Below, piece by piece: positions 27,301-35,082 of a DNA stretch of 64,000 nucleotides; the first letter of the stretch is position 1, and every line of letters starts with the position of its first letter. Source of the DNA: a virus. Location of the stretch: IMG/VR virus record IMGVR_UViG_3300045988_042432; one strand, 5' to 3'. The translations under genes and the position numbers were made by a program. The notes under the pieces were generated by a model. That model did no database searches, was not told the origin of the DNA, and saw only the letters and a program-made list of their open reading frames with translations.

Positions 27301-30300
27301 AGTAATAATTCATCTATAACAGATTCTTCTCCTTTACCCTCTATATCTGCTAAGAACTCATTTTCAAGCTCATTAGTGCCAGTCATAGTTCTACTAGGTG
27401 GTATAAATGTAGGAGCTTGCACTTCCTTAGATTTCTCTTTAGTTGTAGGAGTAGGCTCTGGTATATCAGTAGATTTTACTGGCTCCGGAGCTTCTTCTGG
27501 ATTAACTGGAGCAGGTTCAGGTATAGGTGGCTCCTGTGCTTTCCTAGAAGGAGTATATCCCTCTAATTCGGCATTAAATGCAGCCATTCTAATTACCTTG
27601 AATCTATCTATCACAGCAGAAGGGTCAGAAGTAGTAGATGTATATTCATCTTGACGTAAATTAGCTTCTTTGATAATAGTTCCCATGTTGCTATTAATAA
27701 AATAAGCTCCGTCCTTAGAACGAGACATCATAGTATAAAATGACTTCATATAATCAATAAGTCCAGAGACTGTATTTGTATTATACTTACTGAAGTTTAC
27801 ATCAATTATAGCATGTTTAAACTCAGAACCTTGAACTGATTTAGGAGTACGCATAATAATCCTACTATCTGCCATATTGGTTAGCATTTTGTAAGTAGGA
27901 GTATTCTCATCATCATACACATATCCGACTTCTCCGTCCCTTTCTAGTATTTGTCTAACGTCGTCTTCGGTAATAGCAGTGACAAATTTACTTCCATTAA
28001 GGATATTGTCTCCGTCTTGATAATAATGTAACTCCATCATGTTACTTATTGTATCTTTGACATTATTAACAGCATTAGCTTGACTCTCTGAATCAGCCAT
28101 TTGTTCTGGAGTAAATGTCAACACACTCAAAGCCGCATTTACCGTAGTATTATTATCATTCTGTTGAGTATTAGTAATACGTAAGCTAATATCCAGCTTA
28201 GGAGTTCTGACCATTAAAGATTCAGATGACTTAACATTATAGACACTGATGGTAGGATTCTCATATCCATTCTGATTTAAGTCTCCTAGTGGAACAATAG
28301 TTACATTGTTCTTATGTGCCCAATTAGACAAATGTTGCATATAAAGGCTATTTACCCAGGTAGCCTCATCAATAAATACAAGCCTCGGAGTTTGAACATC
28401 GTTATACTCTATATCTTCATTGATAATGGCAGCTCTATAAGATTCCATTACTGTTCCACCAGGCGATGTAATGGGGCCAAGTTCTTCTATTGTGAACTGC
28501 TTAGACTCCTTATTATTATGTAATATATCATTAGACAGCTCTGCATAATTAGATTCTCCCAATACATGACTCATTAAATCCTCTATAGTAAACGCTTTGC
28601 CTTCACTTCCTAAAGAAGACACTAGATTATCTACTTGCTGTTTAGTTGGACCTACTTTCCATATCTCTGCATCAGGATAGTACTTCTTAACAATGTTCTG
28701 AATTAACTTAGCAATAACAGCTGTTTTACCAGCACCACCAATACCGTCTACCATTACAGTATTCCAGTATCGTATTAACTCACTACCATAAGTTCCTTTA
28801 GGAGTATCTATATTATTAACAGCAGCATTCATTATATCCGGATTAACTGCCATAGCTGTAGCCAAATATGCAGCATATTCTTGTGAATATAAAGGGGCAT
28901 AATTAGCATCTGTCTCAACAAGGGATTCTCTTAAGTAATAATCAAAATCTGACTTCTTAAAAGCTATCATTGCATGTAATAGCATATAAACATCATAATC
29001 CTCTAAAGATTTAGTCTCCGGGCTAAATTTGGTGTTTCTTTGCTCTACCAAATTATTAATGTTGAATTGATTTCTTACATCAGAGAATAGGTCCTTCAAT
29101 ATAACTTGTGGAGAATCTCCAGTAGTTTGCACTATCTCCTGGAAGTTGTCATATAGCTTGTTCTGTAATGAACTAAGTTCCTTAGAGATAAGCGGATTGT
29201 CATAGCTAACATTGTCAATATCATCAAGAGTAGGGGTTGGCATAGTATCTATATCTTTAAATAGCTGCATGCCTTTATACTTAAGTTCTTTTAGGAACTG
29301 GTATCTATCCTTACCCTTTAATATATTAGCTGTCAATTTAGATATTTGTTGACCTGTTCTACCATGTTTGCTAAATTGATTAACAGCATTCATTCTAGAC
29401 AATTCTTTCAAGAATGTAAGTTGCCTAGTTATTAATGCCAACTCCTCTTTCATGATTGCAGCTATATCACCTCTAATGATTCCATACTTCTCTTCTTTTG
29501 GGAAGTAGGTTTCTAGGAAGTAATTCATAGTAGCATTGTGCCCAAATGGATTATTGATGTCTAAATCAGTAGTAGAACTGGCATCAATAACAGCACTAAG
29601 CATGTCTATGATTTTGAATGCTTGGTCTATTTCCTTCTCCTTATTACCGTCCAATACGTAGTCAGATACAGAAGGGGCGTTCTCTAGTCTTCTATTCTCA
29701 TCTCTTAGTAAGTCAAAGATAGTGAGTTTGCTTCCATATACAGTATTAGTAAGTTGGTCAAGGAAATCATATACTGGACTAGTTTTGATTTGTAAAACAT
29801 CCTTCCTTAATTGAGCTATAGTAGCATTAGTAGGATTAGACATTACAAGACTTTCCATATCCTTAGCTGCTTGTACAAATGTCTTCTCGAAATTATTTAT
29901 TCTCTCTTCGACTTTCTCCATTACTACAGGAGCGTCTTCCGAAGGGTACACGTCCCCATTGTTGTCCATGAAGTCTAAAGTGTCATAAACAAGTCTCTTT
30001 CTATGTACATCAGAATGAAGAATATTATGAATATTGTCTATAACAGTATCCAAATTATTACCGTCTATGTCTTTTAATGTTTCTAATAAGGCATCATATA
30101 TAGGATGTGGTATTCTGTTCCCGTCTATATCTAAAACTGGTACATCATTTGCAATAGCTTTTAATACTACATCAAATGCTGCTTCATTAGAGATTTTGTC
30201 TCCAAGTACACTTAATAGAATCTCCTTGGTATCAGCATCCATAAATCCAAACTGCATAGCTTGTTGTATTACAGCTTGCACTCTTCCGATTACTTCTAGA

Positions 30301-33248
30301 TTCTGAACTTCAATAGCTTGACGTCTTAGGTCTGCGTCAACTTCAGACTCACCTTCAATAGGAGAGAATCTTTCTCTTACGAACTTCTTGTTTAGTACTG
30401 GTCTAATATTCTTGTCTCTTCCTAATTTAGAAATAAGTACCTGTTCAGCATCAGCACCTTCTGGCACATCTAACTTGTCAACAGTGGCTCTTAAATCGAT
30501 TAGATTATTATATGCCCATGCTTTGAACTTATAATAATCATCGTAAGTTACTGTGCCTTCTTCAAGTTTAGTAGAGAAATCTTTATTAAGCTTCTTAAAT
30601 ATACCATAGGCTGTATCAAGAGCTTGCATCTTGTCTTGCTGTTTATAAGATGCATAATCAGACTCGTAACCTTTAACTTGTTCAGGAGCCATATCTTGGA
30701 ATCTTTGTCCTGATTTAAACTCAACAAAATCCCTAAATGTTGGTGCATAGAAGAATGCATTTACACTATTATCAATAGCGAACAGCATTTGACCAGTATA
30801 GTATTCAGAGAATGTTCCGTCTAGGAATTTCTGTTTCTTCAAATCAAGGTCAGCCTTCTCTTGTCTTAGCCTTTGTAAGTCGTCAGCATAAGTAGTACTC
30901 TTCTTACTTTCTGTTCCAGTGTCTTGTGTATTAGACTCTAATGCGGCTATCTTTCTACGAACTTCTACAATGTCAGAAACTAAACTATTAAAATCTTGAA
31001 GCATTTTGCCATTATATCCATTCTCTATAGCTCTACCGAACTTCTGCCCGTCTGATACTTCAAAGCTAGCTAGAGCTTTCATCCTAATGTCCCCCATTAC
31101 CATTTTGTCAAGGAGCTGTTCATCAGAGAAGTTTAATCCCTCTTGATTAATAACAGCGTCAAGATGCTGTAGGTAATTCTTAGTCATGGTATAGACTGCT
31201 TCGTTTTGATTGTCACTAGGAGTAGTAGGAGAGGTCCATATAGTACCTTGGTCTGTATCTTCTGTCTTAGTAGCAGACAGATTCTTATTGCCAAGCTTGC
31301 CCTTTTTCCGCATGTCATTTAATTCTTCCATTAACTCGCTAGTTCTGCCATTTCTAATAAGGTAGATAAGTTCTTGGTTAGTTTGTTCATTAGTGGCCTT
31401 CCTATTCTGTGCAATATCTACACCATAGAAGATAGCACCACCAAGAGCTCCTCCGAAGAAGTTCATACCATATCTTTCAGCTGCATTCTCCCAAGCATCA
31501 AGTTTCTGTTTACTCTTAGTGTAACCCATTTCTTGAGCCCAGTTAAATGTAGCTTTCGATAGGTCAACTACTAATTCTTCAGACATTTCTTCCAGACCTT
31601 CACCTATGGCCTTACCTACGAATCCTGTAGTATGATTTCTAATGTCAGACCAATAATTAGAAGAGTATTGTTTAGCAGTATTAAACATTTTAGCCAGCTT
31701 GTTAGGCTTAGGCATGTTACTAGTAGCAAGTTGACCCAATCCCTTATTAATTTCTCCAGTTACTTGTGAGATAGCCTTTCTGTAAGTGAGAGCGTCTCCT
31801 TTAAGCTCTGGGAAGAATAATTCACCAAGTCCAGTTCTATCAACTGCATACATGCCAGCTACTGCTCCCCATGCTATAGCTGCTGCTTCTGCTCTATCAG
31901 CTCCTTGCTCTATAGCATCTTCAAAAGTCTCAAGACCTTGCATCATAGCCATATAACCTAGAGCTGTATTAGCTGCCATTCTGTTATTTCTTTTAAGAAT
32001 AGTCTCAAACGCTTTTGTACCTTTAAGCCTATTCATCTCATACAAGCTGCCTATGGCTCCTTTATATTTATCAGGATTAGAAGCCAGTAATCTAGTTGAT
32101 TCCAAATCAGCAGCTTGCATTGCAGCTTTGTACTTCTTATCTGTACCTAGTAATGCATTCATGCCTTTGAAGATAGTTCTTTGCTGTCCCCACTGTAATG
32201 CCACATCGGTTACTAAATCAAAGAAATTCTCTGCTGACATCAATTTACCTTGAGAGTATTCTGATTTAGAGCCTTTAAATGTTCTACCTATACCTTGTAT
32301 TAGATTAGCTGTAGGCGTATCTTCGTTCAGTCCTAGAGTAGATTTATAAATAGTGGGTAGTATATCCATTAACTGAGCACCAATCATAGCTCCTCCATAT
32401 ACCAAATTCACATAAGGTACAAATAAAGGTGCTAGTGAAGTCACTGTCTTCATAACAGTACCAGTAACAGACTTATCAAGTCCGTCAGAATCAAAGAAGT
32501 CATATTTATTAGCAGCAGAACCGTCTACTGTGAAACTGTCAAACATAGATTTAAACTTACGACCATAAGCTTCTCTTCCGGCTAGTGTCTCATAGTAGTA
32601 GGTTCCTTCGTCATTGTATTTAAGGTCACCTTTACTATGCTTAACTATTCTGCCAGAGTATGGGTCTTTATGCTCTCCGTCTGAATCCCATTGGGCAAGT
32701 ACTAAAGGTTCTGAAAGTGATTTCAAGAAACCTAATGGGCTGCCAAATAGAACATTATCATTAGGAGTATAGTCTTCGTACTTACCAGTTTCGTAGTTAA
32801 ATACCTTCTGTGTTTGTGCTAGTTCTGATGCTGTCCATTCTCTATTATCTGTGCGTCCTATTTGTGACACACCAGTCTTCAATCTATCAGGATTAAGTAC
32901 CCTTCTAACATTAAAATTAATAGGTTTATCCTCTGCATCATTAGGTTTTAATTGAGAATATGGGTCCCAATCAACGTCCTCCATGATTGTATCCTCGAAT
33001 TGGTCATTGGCAAACTTTTGATAAGTAAATGCAGCACTATCATACTTTTGGTTAAATGCTACTTCATTAAACTTACCATTCTCATCCTTAAACATTTCTT
33101 GGACAAACTTACTATTCCTGTAAGTATTCTTATCTAGTAATCCAGTATTATCAGCTGTTAATCCTACATCTCTAAAATTGTCCATAGTAAATGAAGGATT
33201 CTCTAATTGAGCTACAAACCAATCATTAGGTTTCTTTATATCATTCAT
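24345..33248 (-). CDS. Giant polyvalent virion protein, 2967 aa, with an embedded SF1 (RecD/Dda-like) helicase core and a Pro-rich linker
   Basis: Uninterrupted 8.9-kb ORF. All SF1 motifs appear in order (see the helicase feature at 27700-28830). The N-terminal ~1450 aa and the C-terminal ~1050 aa are unrecognised. Confidence 0.7.
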   Translation of the reverse strand: MNDIKKPNDWFVAQLENPSFTMDNFRDVGLTADNTGLLDKNTYRNSKFVQEMFKDENGKFNEVAFNQKYDSAAFTYQKFANDQFEDTIMEDVDWDPYSQLKPNDAEDKPINFNVRRVLNPDRLKTGVSQIGRTDNREWTASELAQTQKVFNYETGKYEDYTPNDNVLFGSPLGFLKSLSEPLVLAQWDSDGEHKDPYSGRIVKHSKGDLKYNDEGTYYYETLAGREAYGRKFKSMFDSFTVDGSAANKYDFFDSDGLDKSVTGTVMKTVTSLAPLFVPYVNLVYGGAMIGAQLMDILPTIYKSTLGLNEDTPTANLIQGIGRTFKGSKSEYSQGKLMSAENFFDLVTDVALQWGQQRTIFKGMNALLGTDKKYKAAMQAADLESTRLLASNPDKYKGAIGSLYEMNRLKGTKAFETILKRNNRMAANTALGYMAMMQGLETFEDAIEQGADRAEAAAIAWGAVAGMYAVDRTGLGELFFPELKGDALTYRKAISQVTGEINKGLGQLATSNMPKPNKLAKMFNTAKQYSSNYWSDIRNHTTGFVGKAIGEGLEEMSEELVVDLSKATFNWAQEMGYTKSKQKLDAWENAAERYGMNFFGGALGGAIFYGVDIAQNRKATNEQTNQELIYLIRNGRTSELMEELNDMRKKGKLGNKNLSATKTEDTDQGTIWTSPTTPSDNQNEAVYTMTKNYLQHLDAVINQEGLNFSDEQLLDKMVMGDIRMKALASFEVSDGQKFGRAIENGYNGKMLQDFNSLVSDIVEVRRKIAALESNTQDTGTESKKSTTYADDLQRLRQEKADLDLKKQKFLDGTFSEYYTGQMLFAIDNSVNAFFYAPTFRDFVEFKSGQRFQDMAPEQVKGYESDYASYKQQDKMQALDTAYGIFKKLNKDFSTKLEEGTVTYDDYYKFKAWAYNNLIDLRATVDKLDVPEGADAEQVLISKLGRDKNIRPVLNKKFVRERFSPIEGESEVDADLRRQAIEVQNLEVIGRVQAVIQQAMQFGFMDADTKEILLSVLGDKISNEAAFDVVLKAIANDVPVLDIDGNRIPHPIYDALLETLKDIDGNNLDTVIDNIHNILHSDVHRKRLVYDTLDFMDNNGDVYPSEDAPVVMEKVEERINNFEKTFVQAAKDMESLVMSNPTNATIAQLRKDVLQIKTSPVYDFLDQLTNTVYGSKLTIFDLLRDENRRLENAPSVSDYVLDGNKEKEIDQAFKIIDMLSAVIDASSTTDLDINNPFGHNATMNYFLETYFPKEEKYGIIRGDIAAIMKEELALITRQLTFLKELSRMNAVNQFSKHGRTGQQISKLTANILKGKDRYQFLKELKYKGMQLFKDIDTMPTPTLDDIDNVSYDNPLISKELSSLQNKLYDNFQEIVQTTGDSPQVILKDLFSDVRNQFNINNLVEQRNTKFSPETKSLEDYDVYMLLHAMIAFKKSDFDYYLRESLVETDANYAPLYSQEYAAYLATAMAVNPDIMNAAVNNIDTPKGTYGSELIRYWNTVMVDGIGGAGKTAVIAKLIQNIVKKYYPDAEIWKVGPTKQQVDNLVSSLGSEGKAFTIEDLMSHVLGESNYAELSNDILHNNKESKQFTIEELGPITSPGGTVMESYRAAIINEDIEYNDVQTPRLVFIDEATWVNSLYMQHLSNWAHKNNVTIVPLGDLNQNGYENPTISVYNVKSSESLMVRTPKLDISLRITNTQQNDNNTTVNAALSVLTFTPEQMADSESQANAVNNVKDTISNMMELHYYQDGDNILNGSKFVTAITEDDVRQILERDGEVGYVYDDENTPTYKMLTNMADSRIIMRTPKSVQGSEFKHAIIDVNFSKYNTNTVSGLIDYMKSFYTMMSRSKDGAYFINSNMGTIIKEANLRQDEYTSTTSDPSAVIDRFKVIRMAAFNAELEGYTPSRKAQEPPIPEPAPVNPEEAPEPVKSTDIPEPTPTTKEKSKEVQAPTFIPPSRTMTGTNELENEFLADIEGKGEESVIDELLLSEPLSGIRAYGWYMRYGMAETSDGKFTRVVRNDVVDDLNVFTRSNVEYDTNTLQPAKDMLVDVRNYLTFGEKFDADFIQKLSDNGYKYLAGLGAEVWNNGTFNLEIRKDDTNEEGTDKARDKQGYDSTKVEPVAFNIVYRIPMEKGNDLQFTIGKLTNPDTWQKWNNSNGKDADIAARINKYKKWYKNMQKEILDNPSTVKYLGIDESDISFSAATRLKKVPDQTWNLDKVREAFPNAIISPMYLYAGHGGVAMVDKSVRGKGVVFATSNKHLKIDGEKVTESNLAEMYLRMQKKRKAALDEAKSRGLSDKDAQAEVAKTVPPLIRMIVANSNGTFIDNYFRLSFNDLVHTADDGKTKLDKNQVKEYLGTFGSNTTAARMLVSMWNYRSGLKNFIKAYDTYRQANNLDDVRGTSEVNEFNRLIDQSTVDGQKRVPWDSSIYNGFMFRLTYADAIKTNAPGMVVRPINLSRNEWQTFDSNGKVPRTLTYGVYIDPKVAQAQLSILDNLFSILEEYISLPGNPNFTIATNGRDMDNILAQLIADDGAIELTDGKNTYKHAASNIGGMGGSFKMVGLLSSVYKLFSAGKKSDESYVFRAKARDGKMKETRLEELSFNIVRAVRDAGRDNYFSVLNNMFNVIFHGTPTIKEGAATTTYAPFINGIYYTPRTPTSHDSRPSDFYPTRNNDNQFYIDTAIESPNFEITIDPTVLSERQFNKGVPHNRQSEFDNNITLIANGVSSAFTGYTSIDQILNDARNEYLEKGDIALDEILKGVATKVNTSLTNDINNRQLLINNDPVIHLDMTVDVNNMPVINKVHTLLQEINVKSPSVLPKTKDGEIDTTGIQNVDYSSGNLQDFTVYLQGGQTIKGSIIGSEVNIVDTVMYEVPFDPNREQKLKIFEDTIGDHENLRETEIMTVIQELRATTSLTPEAADALLDKIRLVDNHFEGYLTDEQLDDPDILDVMEYINSLANNKQIIDSQNCKLNI
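27395..27545 (-). other. Pro/Glu-rich low-complexity linker
   Basis: QEPPIPEPAPVNPEEAPEPVKSTDIPEPTPTTKEKSKEVQAPTFIPP lies immediately after the helicase core. It looks like a junction between two fused modules. Confidence 0.7.
27700..28830 (-). other. SF1 helicase core (motifs I-VI)
   Basis: Motifs seen: I GIGGAGKT (28722-28745, residues 1502-1509); Ia VGPTKQQVDNL; II LVFIDEATWV; III VPLGDLNQ; V TPKSVQGSEF; VI FYTMMSRSK. Confidence 0.75.
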
Positions 33249-33249
33249 A

Positions 33250-35082
33250 TCAATTATTTAATATTTTAGATGTACTTGGAGTCATAAATGAGTCTAATTT
33301 AGCTGCTCTAGCTGCCCTTCCCTTTAGGATTGTCATATCTCCCCAGTCAGCAGGTACAGTAGGATTCTCGCCAGCGACGTTAAGAGCTAATCCAGCACTC
33401 TCTCTTAGTGGCATATAAGCAACTGTTCTATATATGTCATCATAAGGTTTCATTCCAAGTGTTCCTTTAAATAAGTTCTCTATATCATCAGGGTCAACAT
33501 TAGGCATACTTCTGATATTAGTCATATAACCTTCCCCTGCCCTATCTACATCAATTGCACCTTTCTTGCTGCCAAACCATGGGTCTTCCCCGCTAGCATA
33601 TACGTTAGTCATTAAGAAAGGACGGAATTTAGATTTGTCCCAAACTAGTCTTCCGTTAGCATCTTGCACCATATATCCTTCTAAGTCATGCTTCATAAGT
33701 ATGCTCTGCACTTCATCAGCACTTATATTAGCTCCTCTGGATTCTATTTCTTTTTGAGCTTCGATGAATCTAGGCATAAGTTCAAAGTCTGGAGCTATAC
33801 TGCCGTTTTGGTCATATGTGTATGGTAGAACTGCCCTTGCAAGTTGAGTTCCGTCATACAGCACCTGCCCAAATTTAGAAGAATCGACTTTCTGATTGCC
33901 TAAATGAATGCTATTACTGTCAACAATACCTCCAATTCCAGACATTAGTAATGACTCTAATGAGCCTTTAGCAACTAAGTTACCGTCTTGTCCTTGTGGT
34001 GTACCATAAAATACAGCATCCGCTTCCATTTGGTAACCTTGTCCGGGATTAAGTATGTATTTACCAGCATCTCCATTCTCCCCCATGTAATAAGACATAA
34101 TAGGTTTAATCTGCATAGTCTTATTAGATTTAGAGCCAGATTCAGATGCTCCCTCTGTGGCATTCTTATCATAATCTACTTTAATAGAATAGTCAGAATC
34201 AATTCCAGATGAAATCATACCAGCCAGTAATTCATATGCACCTTTAGTAGGGTCCAATCCAGACAATGCAGCCTTACCTCTTAGTAAAGCCTTTGCATTA
34301 TTAGGCATGGTAGACAGCAAGTAAGTAAGAGCTACTCTAGCCTTCTTTGATTGGTCAGTATTACTTTCTGTAATTTTATACACTCCGTCCTGTCCAGTAG
34401 CTAGTAATTCGTCTATTCCCTCCTTTATATCTTTACCTTTCTTAGTTTTAAAGAACTCTTTAGAAGTGCTATCCTTACCTATTTTACCAATGAGGTCCCA
34501 TACTGTCTTATTAATACTATCCATGCTGACTCCATTAGCAATTACAGTTGATATATTATTAGCATATGGTAATTTATTAGCTCGTAGGTCAGCCAGGTCA
34601 GCATTAGTAAGAACTCTATCACCTTGCTCTAGAGTTGCTTTAGTAGTAATTCCGTCCTCTCCCATTACATAATATCTGCCGTCAGTAGTAATCGCCATTT
34701 CACCAAAGGAGCCATTCTTCTGTGACTCTGCTATAGCATCTTTTAGTTGAGTTTTGCCCTCTCTAAGTCTTGCCATTAGTTGAAGAGTTCTTCTATAAGC
34801 TGTGGCAGTTTGATTTGGATTGAATGGGTTGTTCTGACTACTGAATAGATTACCTATTTCTTCAGCCACTGCATCAGTGTCGCTAATAAGACCCTCTTTA
34901 TACAGAGCAGTAATCAATGATTTATCTATACCTCCTATTGTATTCTTATCTGCTTCTGCATTGCTGCTCATTGCTCCTTCAACATAGGGAGCCGTAGGTT
35001 GCGGTTGAGGAACGTTAGTATAGCTAACAAAGGCGGGAATACCCCCGCCCTGTAGCTTCTGTATTTTATTTATTATTTCCAT
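33250..35082 (-). CDS. Virion internal/ejection-class protein, 610 aa
   Basis: The N-terminus MEIINKIQKLQGGGIP carries the shared aromatic/Leu-Q-x-GG motif. The ORF is coupled to its neighbours. No enzymatic motif was seen. Confidence 0.6.
   Translation of the reverse strand: MEIINKIQKLQGGGIPAFVSYTNVPQPQPTAPYVEGAMSSNAEADKNTIGGIDKSLITALYKEGLISDTDAVAEEIGNLFSSQNNPFNPNQTATAYRRTLQLMARLREGKTQLKDAIAESQKNGSFGEMAITTDGRYYVMGEDGITTKATLEQGDRVLTNADLADLRANKLPYANNISTVIANGVSMDSINKTVWDLIGKIGKDSTSKEFFKTKKGKDIKEGIDELLATGQDGVYKITESNTDQSKKARVALTYLLSTMPNNAKALLRGKAALSGLDPTKGAYELLAGMISSGIDSDYSIKVDYDKNATEGASESGSKSNKTMQIKPIMSYYMGENGDAGKYILNPGQGYQMEADAVFYGTPQGQDGNLVAKGSLESLLMSGIGGIVDSNSIHLGNQKVDSSKFGQVLYDGTQLARAVLPYTYDQNGSIAPDFELMPRFIEAQKEIESRGANISADEVQSILMKHDLEGYMVQDANGRLVWDKSKFRPFLMTNVYASGEDPWFGSKKGAIDVDRAGEGYMTNIRSMPNVDPDDIENLFKGTLGMKPYDDIYRTVAYMPLRESAGLALNVAGENPTVPADWGDMTILKGRAARAAKLDSFMTPSTSKILNN

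Noticed and set aside
27130-27654. 174-aa + strand ORF (and likewise the 162-aa ORF at 35863-36351) as possible overlapping genes because of their length
   Set aside because: They lie opposite Pro/Glu-rich and Gly/Ala-rich coding segments. The GC-rich codons there remove stop codons from the antisense frames. The translations are low-complexity Ser/Gly/Ala/Pro mirror images of the sense protein.
32470-32500. DSDGLD in the 2967-aa protein (YDFFDSDGLDKS) as a second RNAP-type metal-binding site
   Set aside because: The spacing is D-x-D-x-x-D, not DxDxD. The context is unlike the barrel loop, and such acidic strings arise easily by chance in a protein this long.
7588-33248. Stop-codon reassignment (TAG or TGA recoding), known in some crAss-like lineages
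   Set aside because: ORFs of up to 9.8 kb are uninterrupted in the standard code. Genes end with ordinary TAA/TGA stops next to coupled starts. Nothing in the window requires recoding.
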